A stretch of 64,000 bases of DNA. Origin: an uncultured Rhodobacteraceae bacterium (GTDB lineage: Bacteria > Pseudomonadota > Alphaproteobacteria > Rhodobacterales > Rhodobacteraceae). A program made the translations under genes and the position numbers. Position 1 is the stretch's first letter, and each line of letters starts with the position of its first letter. The DNA lies in the NCBI GenBank assembly GCA_937920555.1, contig CAKZTM010000010.1:1790-65789 (forward strand), given 5' to 3'. Positions 26,117 through 35,523 of the stretch are shown piece after piece. The notes under the pieces are model-generated. The model searched no databases. It worked only from the letters and a program-made list of their open reading frames with translations, and was not told the origin of the DNA.

Positions 26117-28227
26117 TGGAGAGCCTCCGCAATTTGATTGCTTGTGGTGTTGTTGAGAGTGATGAGATTGGGGATATCTAGGATAAGAGCGACGCGGCCA
26201 TCACCTAATATTGTTGCTCCGGAAACCCCATCGACCCGGTGATAATTGGCTTCAAGACTTTTCAAAACGACCTGTCTTTGACCAATTAACTCGTCGATCA
26301 AAAGAGCGACATGACCGTCGGATTCCGTATCCACAATGATTGCCAAATCCTCCTTTAGAGGATCACCTGTGACCTTAAGCGCGTGTCGTATCGAAAGAAC
26401 CGGCAAGTACTCGCCCCGGCGGGTCAGGACCTTTGAGCTATCTGGCATTTCATGAAGCTCAACGGAATCGAGGCGTAGAGCCTCGACAACATTTGACAGT
26501 GGAAGAATGTACCGCTCATCGCCAACTGCAATGGTCATACCCTCAAGGACCGCAAGCGTCAGCGGCAATGCGATGGTGAACTTGCACCCCAGGCCAGGCT
26601 CACTCTTAAGCCAACAACGTCCACCCAACTCTTGGATTTTGCGCTTAACTACATCCATGCCAACGCCACGACCCGAAACAGATGAAACAGATTCCGCGGT
26701 CGAAAAGCCTGCATGAAAGATCAATTGATCAATCTCATCAGGGGTAAGATTGTCGTCTTCAGCAACCAAGCCCTTTTCTATAGCTTTTCGAAGTACAACT
26801 TCCCGGTTGATACCACGCCCGTCATCGGAAATTGTGATGATCACTCTTTCTCCGCGGTGTTCCGCCGCCAGTTTTATAATCCCGGTCCCCGATTTACCCG
26901 CCTCAATCCGTTCCTCAGGACCCTCAAGACCATGGTCCATCGAATTGCGCAGCATATGGGTGAGAGGCTCAGCGAGTTCTTCGATCACCGTCGTATCGAC
27001 TTCGGTTTGCTCTCCCGAAAGCTCTAGCCTGACGTCCTTGCCCAGCTTATCAGCCAGATCCCGAACCACCCGAGGCATCCGGCTAAAAACGGACTTAACG
27101 GGTTGGGCACGGATCGCCATGACACTTTCTTGCAAATCTCGGGTTTGCCGTGACATCGCCTCGACCGAATGCTCCACCTCTAAGTCAACGCTTGGTCCTG
27201 CTTCGCTTAGTTTTTGCGCCAGCGCCGCCTGAGTTATGACAATCTCACCAACGAGATTTACCAATCGGTCAACGCGCGCCAATTCGACACGAAGAGACTT
27301 CGAAATGCCTGGTTTTTTCGAGCTGGCAGCCGCTGGTTCCGATGGTTTCGACGCCGATTTGGCTGGCGCTTCCGCCTTGGCATCTGGCTTTGCTACTTCA
27401 GGGGGCGCAGCTGGGGCCGGTTTTTCTTCTACAACTGCGGGCGCGGCGGCAACCTCAACCGGTTCCTCTTCCGCATCGTCACTAGACAAAATATCCCAGG
27501 TTGCAGCGGCTTCATAAGCGAGGAAAAAGCTCTCAATTTTCGCATTGTCGAGCTCAGTTTCGAAATGCAGTCGCCAAGAGACCGTGCAATCATCCAAATT
27601 GAAATCTGGTAGAGGTTGTATTTCCCCTTCCACGACGGTTTTACAAAGGCCCATCGCCTTGGCTGAGGATATCAGCTTAAGCGCGTCATGACCCGAACGG
27701 AAAAATCCTGCATCGGGTTGAAAATGAACCTCGACAGATCGCAGAGCGGGGACGTCATCCTCTTCAACTTCGGGCTCTGGGGCTTCGGTAGCGCTCACTT
27801 CCTCGACCACTTCCTCGGCTGGGCTTTCATCGGCGGCATTTGGATCGGCGAGGACTGCAAGTTCCGCCAGAACCTTATTCATAGTCTCCGAAGGTGAAGT
27901 GTCGCGCTCACGGGCCTTTTCAATCAGCGATTCCATAACATCGCCAGAGCGAAGAAGAACCTGACACACATCAGGCGTCAGCTCCAGCTCGTCAGACCTT
28001 GCCAAGTCCATAACGGACTCAAATTTATGCGCGAATGATATGAGATCATCAAAACCAAATGCAGCAGCACCACCCTTTACCGAGTGGACAGCCCGAAAGG
28101 CCGCGTTCAGCGTTTCTTGGTCACCATTGCCGGAGTAAAGAACATCCAAATGTTCCTGTAGATCTGAGAGAAGCTCTTCGCATTCTGTAAAGAATAGGGC
28201 CTCAAAATCCTCATCATCATCATCCAT
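26113..28227 (-). CDS. cheA: Chemotaxis histidine kinase CheA
   Basis: Hpt domain with HSVKGGAAAFGF, a long acidic and Ala/Pro/Lys-rich linker, dimerisation domain, HATPase (HMLRNSMDHG, DDGRGI, GRGVGMDVV) and a C-terminal CheW-like domain. Confidence 0.9.
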   Translation of the reverse strand: MDDDDEDFEALFFTECEELLSDLQEHLDVLYSGNGDQETLNAAFRAVHSVKGGAAAFGFDDLISFAHKFESVMDLARSDELELTPDVCQVLLRSGDVMESLIEKARERDTSPSETMNKVLAELAVLADPNAADESPAEEVVEEVSATEAPEPEVEEDDVPALRSVEVHFQPDAGFFRSGHDALKLISSAKAMGLCKTVVEGEIQPLPDFNLDDCTVSWRLHFETELDNAKIESFFLAYEAAATWDILSSDDAEEEPVEVAAAPAVVEEKPAPAAPPEVAKPDAKAEAPAKSASKPSEPAAASSKKPGISKSLRVELARVDRLVNLVGEIVITQAALAQKLSEAGPSVDLEVEHSVEAMSRQTRDLQESVMAIRAQPVKSVFSRMPRVVRDLADKLGKDVRLELSGEQTEVDTTVIEELAEPLTHMLRNSMDHGLEGPEERIEAGKSGTGIIKLAAEHRGERVIITISDDGRGINREVVLRKAIEKGLVAEDDNLTPDEIDQLIFHAGFSTAESVSSVSGRGVGMDVVKRKIQELGGRCWLKSEPGLGCKFTIALPLTLAVLEGMTIAVGDERYILPLSNVVEALRLDSVELHEMPDSSKVLTRRGEYLPVLSIRHALKVTGDPLKEDLAIIVDTESDGHVALLIDELIGQRQVVLKSLEANYHRVDGVSGATILGDGRVALILDIPNLITLNNTTSNQIAEALH

Positions 28228-28241
28228 GTCTTATCCTTAAC

Positions 28242-28601
28242 TCAAGAAAGCTGATCAACGAGACCGAGTATCTGGTCGGGATCAAAAGGTTTGGTCAGCC
28301 AGCCTGTAGCCCGCACCTCACGGGCGCGATCTTTCAATGCTTGCGCTGTTTCCGTCGTCAGCAGCAAAATCGGGACTGCGTTTCCGGCAGGATCTTTCCG
28401 GGCGGCCTCAATAAATTCCAGCCCGTCCATGTTCGGCATGTTGAGGTCGGTGATGACCATGTCTGGTTGATGCTCTTTGAGTTGAGCAAGTGCCTGGACG
28501 CCATCGACAGCTTGAATAACCTCGTGACCTCCCTTTTTTAGACAACTCGACAACATCGCAAGCATTGGCTTGGAATCATCCACAGCAAGAATTCTACTCA
28601 T
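28242..28601 (-). CDS. cheY: CheY-like single-domain response regulator (first CheY of the operon)
   Basis: MSRILAVDDSKPM...DMVITDLNMPNMDG...VPILLLTTE...KPF. The ATG at 28599-28601 overlaps the STAS gene stop (ATGA). The ORF-track extension to 28847 is rejected. Confidence 0.85.
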   Translation of the reverse strand: MSRILAVDDSKPMLAMLSSCLKKGGHEVIQAVDGVQALAQLKEHQPDMVITDLNMPNMDGLEFIEAARKDPAGNAVPILLLTTETAQALKDRAREVRATGWLTKPFDPDQILGLVDQLS

Positions 28602-28915
28602 TGACGAAACTCCATCTTCATGAGGTCTTGAAATAGGCCCAGTTCGGAGAACGCATCCACAAACGGCGGGGCAGGAGAGATTACGGCGACCTTGGCATCG
28701 CTGGCGTCGGCGTGGCGCAGCAAGCTGACCACAGCCAAAGCGCAAGGAGCGCTCATTTTTTCGACTTGGGAGGCATCCAGAACGATTGACTGAACGTCTG
28801 CCGTATTCAAAGCATCTATAAGATCTTCTGTTTCTGGTAGTCCGCAATCAGGTGGCAACAGTATTGGCGTTACAATGTCAGCTTCTACTTGCGAGGTTTC
28901 TTCTGCGTCTGACAA
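28598..28915 (-). CDS. STAS-domain protein, first gene of the che operon (CheS-like position)
   Basis: 105-aa acidic protein with STAS-like pattern ...SIVLDASQVEKMSAPCALAVVSLLRHA...VAVISPAPPFVDAFSELGL. Same position as the small orf2/CheS gene upstream of cheY1 in rhizobial che operons. Confidence 0.6.
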   Translation of the reverse strand: MSDAEETSQVEADIVTPILLPPDCGLPETEDLIDALNTADVQSIVLDASQVEKMSAPCALAVVSLLRHADASDAKVAVISPAPPFVDAFSELGLFQDLMKMEFRQ

Positions 28916-29046
28916 TCGATTCTCCCACTGCGGTGTCCGCTACAAATTGAGAGTCTCTGCACATTCATCTGCATCGACCCTCTGAGTGGTAGCCTTTTAG
29001 GGGAGCTATTCTTAATCAGCGTTTAACCGCCGCGATATTTTTCAAA

Positions 29047-30861
29047 TCAAAATACCAGCAAGTCCTCGATTGGATCATGCTCAGCCACGAAATGTCCGGG
29101 TTTGGGTTGCTCAAGTTTAGGCAAATACGGCCCCGTCCCAAGCTTCGATGGCAAAAACCGCAAGGCCGCATCGGGATCAAGCGGAGAAGGTAGCTCGCCT
29201 GCAAGCTTGATCCGCTTGCGGGTGCGCTCAACCTTTGGATCGGGGATGGGCACCGCAGAAATCAGGGCTTTCGTATAGGGATGCAGCGGATCTTGATAAA
29301 TGTCATCGCGGTCTGCAAGCTCAACAATACGGCCAAGATAGAGCACCAGAATGCGGTGGGAGACCTCGCGGACCACACTCAGATCATGGCTGATAAACAT
29401 CATCGAAACGCCAAATTCACGCTGCAATTCAAGCAAAAGCTCCAAGATTTGCGCCTGTATGGATACATCCAGCGCCGACACCGCTTCGTCGCATACAATC
29501 AGTTTAGGGCGACAAATCATCGCGCGTGCAATCCCGACCCGCTGGTTCTGCCCACCCGACAGTTCATGGGGGTAGCGGTTGATCATGTTCTGATCCAAGC
29601 CCACCTTCTCCATCATCGCGGCTACTTCGAGCCTCATCTCGCTGCGCGACAAATCCCGTCTGAACGTTTTGAGCGGCTCCATAATGGATGCGGAAATAGT
29701 CATACGCGGATCAAGGCTGGCTAGCGGATCTTGAAATACGATCTGTAAATCGCGTCGCTTTTTATTCAATTCATTTCGAGAAATACCGGTAAGCGGTGAT
29801 CCAAGCCATGTCACCGTACCCTCGGTGGGGGGAATCAGTTGCAAAACTGCCCGCGCTAAAGTGGACTTTCCGCAGCCACTTTCACCGACCACGCCCAACG
29901 TCTCACCGGGGTGAAGATTAAAGCTCACCCCATCCACCGCTTTGAGCGGTATGGTTCTGGGTAAGATGCCTGCTGTGACCTTGATCGGGAAATGCACTTT
30001 AACATCCTGGACCGCCAGAAAATTCGGATCGCGGTCGCCCAGTTGATAGGCCTCCACCTTGCGCGCAGATTTGTCCGGTTGATCAATGCGCGGCATCGCA
30101 TCGAGCAACATCTGGGTATATTCGTGCTGGGGTGCGTAAAACACCTGCTCCGCCGTTCCCTCTTCCACATAGCGACCCAACCGCATGACCTGAATGCGGT
30201 CGCACATCCGCGCCACCACGCCCATATCATGGGTAATCAGAGCGATCGCTGTATTTTGTTCCCGTTGGAGATCATGCATGAGGTCCAGAATTTCCGCCTG
30301 AACTGTTACATCAAGCGCGGTTGTCGGCTCATCGGCAATCAGCAACTCTGGATCACATAGCATCGCCATCGCGATCATCACCCGTTGTCGCATCCCTCCC
30401 GACAGCTCGTGAGGGAACTGATCAAGTCGCCTTTTGGCTTCGGGTATTTGCACGCGCTGCAACCATTCCAGACACCGGGTCTCCGCTTCCTTGCCTTTCA
30501 TGTTCTTGTGAAAGGCCAGAACCTCCTCCATCTGCTGACCCACGCGCAAATGCGGCGTCAAAGCGGTCAGCGGGTCTTGAAAGATCATCGACATCTTTTC
30601 ACCGCGAATGCGGTTGTGGCGACCCTCACCGATGCCCAAAAGCTCTGTGCCCTGAAACATGACCGAGCCCTCGGCCCGTCCGTTATCCGCCAGAAGGCCC
30701 ATGGCCGCCATAAAGGTCTGGGATTTGCCTGATCCACTTTCGCCCACAATGCCAAGGCATTCGCCCGGTTTGATGTGGAAGGAGACACCCTTTACCGCGT
30801 CCACCTGTCCATCGGGCGTAGAAAAGCTCACATGAAGATCACGTACATCAAACAAAGCCAT
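29047..30861 (-). CDS. Peptide/nickel-type ABC transporter, fused double ATP-binding protein (DppD-DppF-like)
   Basis: Two Walker A sites ([16 protein letters not shown]), two LSGG signatures ([16 protein letters not shown]) and two Walker B sites. Confidence 0.85.
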   Translation of the reverse strand: MALFDVRDLHVSFSTPDGQVDAVKGVSFHIKPGECLGIVGESGSGKSQTFMAAMGLLADNGRAEGSVMFQGTELLGIGEGRHNRIRGEKMSMIFQDPLTALTPHLRVGQQMEEVLAFHKNMKGKEAETRCLEWLQRVQIPEAKRRLDQFPHELSGGMRQRVMIAMAMLCDPELLIADEPTTALDVTVQAEILDLMHDLQREQNTAIALITHDMGVVARMCDRIQVMRLGRYVEEGTAEQVFYAPQHEYTQMLLDAMPRIDQPDKSARKVEAYQLGDRDPNFLAVQDVKVHFPIKVTAGILPRTIPLKAVDGVSFNLHPGETLGVVGESGCGKSTLARAVLQLIPPTEGTVTWLGSPLTGISRNELNKKRRDLQIVFQDPLASLDPRMTISASIMEPLKTFRRDLSRSEMRLEVAAMMEKVGLDQNMINRYPHELSGGQNQRVGIARAMICRPKLIVCDEAVSALDVSIQAQILELLLELQREFGVSMMFISHDLSVVREVSHRILVLYLGRIVELADRDDIYQDPLHPYTKALISAVPIPDPKVERTRKRIKLAGELPSPLDPDAALRFLPSKLGTGPYLPKLEQPKPGHFVAEHDPIEDLLVF

Positions 30862-31791
30862 TCAGCGATCTTTCGGATCAAGAGCATCGCGCAAACCATC
30901 GCCGATAAAAAACAGGCTCATGAGCGACACAACAAAAAAGAAAAGCGGGATGAGGAGCTGCCACAAAGTGCCGTAGATAATTGTACCGGCCCCTTCTGAG
31001 ATTAACGCACCAAGAGAGGTGTTGGGCTCTTGGACACCAAGGCCCAAAAAGGAGATGAAGCTCTCTGTCAGGATCATCAAAGGCACCAGCAAGGACGCAT
31101 AGACTGCGACAATCCCCAAGAGGTTGGGTATGATGTGCCGGGTGATGATCGTGAACGAGCCGACACCGGCCGCATGTGCCGCCTCTACGAACTCTTTGTG
31201 TTTGAGCGACAATGTCTGACCACGCACGATACGGCTCATATCAAGCCAACTCACAACCCCAATGCCCACAAAGAGCATGAAGAAGGACCGCTCAAACATC
31301 ACCATCAACAAGATGATGATAAACATGTAGGGAATGGCGATCAAAATATCGACGGTACGCATCATCAGGTTATCGACCCAACCGCCCACAAATCCCGCAG
31401 TGGCCCCATAAAGCGTGCCGATAAATACCGCCACCAGCGCGCCTATGACGCCCACAATGAGCGAGGTCTGGGTCGCCTGAATAGTCCGACTATAAAGATC
31501 ACGCCCCAAGTCATCGACACCGAAATAGTGGCCGTTCTCGATAGACGGCTGACCCGCAGTCGCGGCATTGCCCATCAGATTCCAGTCAATCTCTTCGTTG
31601 GACCAAACCGCAAAATAGGGCCCGATGATCGTAAATAGCACAATCAGGCTCAAAACGACCAAACTCACCACGGCCGCCTTGTTACGGAAAAACCGCCCCC
31701 ATGCGTCTTGCCAAAGCGAGCGACCCTTGACGGCTTCCGCCTCGACCATGTCATCGGAGATGCGCGTCATGCGATCTGTGTCAAACACCAT
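30862..31791 (-). CDS. Peptide ABC transporter permease (DppC/OppC-like)
   Basis: Polytopic protein with the BPD-transporter EAA-type loop ...EFVEAAHAAGVGSFTIITRHIIPN... Confidence 0.8.
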   Translation of the reverse strand: MVFDTDRMTRISDDMVEAEAVKGRSLWQDAWGRFFRNKAAVVSLVVLSLIVLFTIIGPYFAVWSNEEIDWNLMGNAATAGQPSIENGHYFGVDDLGRDLYSRTIQATQTSLIVGVIGALVAVFIGTLYGATAGFVGGWVDNLMMRTVDILIAIPYMFIIILLMVMFERSFFMLFVGIGVVSWLDMSRIVRGQTLSLKHKEFVEAAHAAGVGSFTIITRHIIPNLLGIVAVYASLLVPLMILTESFISFLGLGVQEPNTSLGALISEGAGTIIYGTLWQLLIPLFFFVVSLMSLFFIGDGLRDALDPKDR

Positions 31792-31794
31792 CGC

Positions 31795-32718
31795 TTAGTA
31801 CCTGATCTTTGGGTCAAGCCATGCGTAAAGCACGTCCACAACCAGATTGAAAAGGATGGTCAGCACACCAAACAGGATGGTGACACCCAGCATGACCGAA
31901 TAGTCGCGGTTCAAAGCAGCATTCACAAAGTGCAGGCCGATCCCGCCAGTGGAGAAATACATATCAATCACGACCGACCCGGTGATCATCGCCACAAATG
32001 ACGGACCAAGGTAGGAAATCACAGGAAGCATTGCGGGCTTCATGGCGTGCCGCCAAATGATCGTGCGGGTGGGCAGGCCCTTTGCCTTAGCGGTGCGTAT
32101 GAAGTTGGAGTTGAGCACTTCAAGCATGGAGGACCGCGTAATCCGCGCAATCGACGCCATATAAGATGTGCTCAGCGCAATCACCGGCATTACCAGAAAC
32201 GGCCATTTGCCGCCTTCCCAACCGCCGCCCGGCAGCCAGCCCAACTGCCATGTGAAGATGATGACCAAGATCGGTGCCATCACAAAATTGGGCAGCACTT
32301 GAGCAGAAAACGCGACGCCCACCGCAATATAATCTAGAAGCGTATTATGCTTCAAAGCCGCAGCAACCCCCAGCGAGACACCCACAACAGTGGCCAGCAC
32401 AAACGAGATCGAACCGTATGTCAGCGTCACCGGAAAACCCGCTGCAATCAGATCGTTGACCGAGCGGTCTTTATACTGGAAGGACGGACCAAAATCGAAG
32501 TTGGTTACGATCCCGACCACATAATTCCACATTTGCACGATCATCGGTTGATCAAGGCCGTATTTCGCCTGAATGTTTGCCAGCACTTGTGGCGGCAAGG
32601 GACGCTCAGAGGTAAACGGACCACCGGGGGCCGAATGCATCAGCAAAAAGCATAAGACAATAAGGATCAGGAGTGTCGGGATCGCGACAAACACGCGCCT
32701 AAGAATGTAATTGAGCAT
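31795..32718 (-). CDS. Peptide ABC transporter permease (DppB/OppB-like)
   Basis: MLNYILRRVFVAIPTLLILIVL is a typical N-terminus; ...NFIRTAKAKGLP... is the conserved loop. The ORF track extends to 32757. Confidence 0.8.
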   Translation of the reverse strand: MLNYILRRVFVAIPTLLILIVLCFLLMHSAPGGPFTSERPLPPQVLANIQAKYGLDQPMIVQMWNYVVGIVTNFDFGPSFQYKDRSVNDLIAAGFPVTLTYGSISFVLATVVGVSLGVAAALKHNTLLDYIAVGVAFSAQVLPNFVMAPILVIIFTWQLGWLPGGGWEGGKWPFLVMPVIALSTSYMASIARITRSSMLEVLNSNFIRTAKAKGLPTRTIIWRHAMKPAMLPVISYLGPSFVAMITGSVVIDMYFSTGGIGLHFVNAALNRDYSVMLGVTILFGVLTILFNLVVDVLYAWLDPKIRY

Positions 32719-32795
32719 TCCCCAATTTCCTTGAATGAGAGAAACCCCGCACGCCATTTAAGGCGCACGGGACATCACATTTCAGATCAATTGGA

Positions 32796-34427
32796 TCATT
32801 CAGCGATTTTGTAGAGCTGGCGGGAATACCAGCGCTGCTGAACGTTATCGACGGGCCAGCCGCCAAGATCAGTGTCGAGCATGTAGACACCCGCATAGTG
32901 ATAGATTGGGATCACCGGCATCTCTGATGCGAGGATTTCCTCCACCTCTTTATAAAGCGGCTGCGGGTCATTGCTTGACCGCGCTTCGATCATCAGCTCG
33001 TCGACCTTCGGATTGGAGTACTTTCCGTCGTTATACCCCGATGGGCCAGTCAGCAAATCCAAGAAGGTAGAGGCCTCATTATAGTCGCCACACCAAGCAC
33101 CACGGGCCAGCTGGAAGTCCTGATTGCCCCGCGTTTCGAGGAATGTCTTCCACTCCTGATTGGCCAGATTGACCTGCACGCCCAGCTTTTGCTTCCACAT
33201 CTGGGACATGGCGACCGCAACCTTGTTATGGGCCTCTGAGGTGTTGAACAAAACATCAAAGCTCAGCGGGTTGCTTGCGTCATAGCCAGCCTCGGCAAGC
33301 AGCTCCTTGGCCTTCATATCGCGATCCGATTGAGACATGGTGGCTATCTCAACTTCTGGGATCTCGAACCCTGCTGTGGCACCGGGCGTGAACGTGTAGG
33401 CCTCTGGCTGGCCGCCGGCCAACACCTTCTCCGTGATGATCTTGCGATCTACGGCCAAGGCCAGCGCTTGGCGCACCCGAACGTCCTTGAACGCCTCAGG
33501 GCCGCTGTCGCTGAGATTGAATGTGTAATAATAGTTACACAGGCGCGGGAAGCTGACCGCTTCATCGGGGAACTCCGCTTTGAGTGCCGGATATTGACCG
33601 GATGGAACCTCTGTGCGGTCCAACTCGCCAGCCAGATAACGGGTATAGGCTTGGTTCTCATCGTTGATCACAAGCGCGATTGTCTTGTCGAGGATCGTAT
33701 TGGCATTGTCCCAATAGGTCTCGTTGCGCTCGCGCACCACACGCTCACCGGGGACATATTCGACAAGTTTGAAAGCACCATTGCCGATGATGTTCTCCGG
33801 CTTGGTCCAATCAGAACCATGTGCCTCGACAACGGATTGAAGCACAGGGAAGGTCGTGGCCTGTGTCACCATCTGAGGGAAATATGACAAGGAGGCCGTC
33901 AGTCGCACCTCCAAGGTTTGATCGTCAATTGCTGTCACACCCAGATCATCGAGCGGCTTCTCACCGGCGATAATCTCCTTGGCGTTCTCAATCGACATCA
34001 GCTCCATGAACCATGAATAGGGCGACGCCAACTCAGGATCGACAGCACGCTTCCATGCATAAACGAAGTCGCCAGCGGTAACCTGCTCGCCATTGGACCA
34101 AACCGCCTCGGGGCGCAGCGTAAACGTATATACCGTCTTGTCGTCATTGGTCGTGAAGCCGGTTGCGACGCCGGGGATTAGGTTTCCGTCCGTATCCTGG
34201 TTCATCAAGCCTTCAAACAAGTCGCGGGCAATCGCGGAGCCATCTACATCTTCAAGCACTTGCGGGTCAAAAGACGGAATGTCATCGAGCAAACGGTAAG
34301 TGAATGTCTGATCACTGGCCAAGGCTTGGCCGGTCACCGGATGCGTCGCATGGCTATCTGCAAAGGCAGCGCCTGCCAAGAATGTGGAGGTCAAAAGCCC
34401 CGCAAATAGATTTTGGGCAATTTTCAT
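32796..34427 (-). CDS. Peptide ABC transporter substrate-binding protein (family 5, OppA/DppA-like)
   Basis: Signal peptide MKIAQNLFAGLLTSTFLAGAAFA, about 540 aa, SBP-5-type motifs. The ATG at 34427 has AGGA 6 nt upstream. Confidence 0.8.
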   Translation of the reverse strand: MKIAQNLFAGLLTSTFLAGAAFADSHATHPVTGQALASDQTFTYRLLDDIPSFDPQVLEDVDGSAIARDLFEGLMNQDTDGNLIPGVATGFTTNDDKTVYTFTLRPEAVWSNGEQVTAGDFVYAWKRAVDPELASPYSWFMELMSIENAKEIIAGEKPLDDLGVTAIDDQTLEVRLTASLSYFPQMVTQATTFPVLQSVVEAHGSDWTKPENIIGNGAFKLVEYVPGERVVRERNETYWDNANTILDKTIALVINDENQAYTRYLAGELDRTEVPSGQYPALKAEFPDEAVSFPRLCNYYYTFNLSDSGPEAFKDVRVRQALALAVDRKIITEKVLAGGQPEAYTFTPGATAGFEIPEVEIATMSQSDRDMKAKELLAEAGYDASNPLSFDVLFNTSEAHNKVAVAMSQMWKQKLGVQVNLANQEWKTFLETRGNQDFQLARGAWCGDYNEASTFLDLLTGPSGYNDGKYSNPKVDELMIEARSSNDPQPLYKEVEEILASEMPVIPIYHYAGVYMLDTDLGGWPVDNVQQRWYSRQLYKIAE

Positions 34428-34650
34428 AATCAATCCTTTCCTGTGTGTGGTCGCGGTTCCTGAGCTGACCGCTATTGTCAGTTAGAACTGTGAGAGTGGC
34501 TGGAATCGCACACTCTTTTACCGGGTAAGGCTTGCATAGAGCCAAAACGCGCGCAACGGCTTTCGCTATTTACCTAAAGGAACGACCGGACACGCGAGGA
34601 ATCCGGCCAAAATTGATACTTGTGGTCGCGCACAGCCCAGATCTGGCGGT

Positions 34651-35430
34651 CTAGCTGCTTTTCTCACCGTACCAACCGCCCTGCACAACAGTGGATGCAT
34701 CGCCCACAAGGGCCGCAAAGGCCTCTGGATCACTGTCCTTGTAGTGATAGGGATAGACCACTTTGGGCGCGAATTCCTTCACCGCATCCGCCGCCTTTTC
34801 CACTTCCATCGTAAACGGCAGGTTCATCGGCACAAATGCGATGTCGATATTCTCAAGCGCCCGCATCTCAGGAATGTCTTCCGTATCACCAGCGATATAA
34901 ACGCGCATGCCGTCGATGGTCATGACATAGCCGTTGTCGCGTCCCTTCGGGTGATATTTCAGGCGGTCTTCGGTGAGGTTATAGGCAGGAATTGCGTCCA
35001 CCGTGATATCGCCCAGCACGCTGCTTTCACCATTGCCGATCGCGGTCGCCTTCGCTTTCATCTCCGCAGACAACATTCCCATCACTTCCGGGTTCACCAG
35101 AAGTTTAGTGTCAGCGCCGACAATCGCGGCCAATGTATCAGCGTTGTAATGGTCGCCGTGGTGGTGGGTAATCACAACAAAATCCGCAGGTGGCATGCCT
35201 TCATAAAGCGCACCACCGCCAACCGGATCATTATAAATCACCGCACTGGGCGTCTCCATCACAAAGGAAGCGTGCTGTACGGGGTGAATGGTGATCGCAC
35301 CATTGGCGGTCTTGTACATGTCGCCTCCGTGACCGGCGGCACGCGCCGCAAAAGGCATTATCGTTGATGTGCCCAGCGTGCCGATAGCAGCGGCACCGGT
35401 GATCAAAAAATCTCTGCGCAAAAGCGTCAT
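34651..35430 (-). CDS. MBL-fold metallo-hydrolase with Tat signal
   Basis: RRDFLITGAAAIG twin-arginine signal and the ITHHHGDHY metal-binding motif. Confidence 0.75.
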   Translation of the reverse strand: MTLLRRDFLITGAAAIGTLGTSTIMPFAARAAGHGGDMYKTANGAITIHPVQHASFVMETPSAVIYNDPVGGGALYEGMPPADFVVITHHHGDHYNADTLAAIVGADTKLLVNPEVMGMLSAEMKAKATAIGNGESSVLGDITVDAIPAYNLTEDRLKYHPKGRDNGYVMTIDGMRVYIAGDTEDIPEMRALENIDIAFVPMNLPFTMEVEKAADAVKEFAPKVVYPYHYKDSDPEAFAALVGDASTVVQGGWYGEKSS

Positions 35431-35523
35431 ATCTCAGCTCCCTGTTCAAGAAAATATTGAGGCATATGCTTTTAACATAGCGCGCCTGTGATTTCCGTCG
35501 ATATTTGGCCGATCAACTTGTGG

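Noticed and set aside
28602-28847. N-terminal extension of the first cheY ORF
   Set aside because: It is Arg/Cys-rich, overlaps the STAS gene in another frame, and the receiver domain begins at MSRILAVDD (ATG at 28601).
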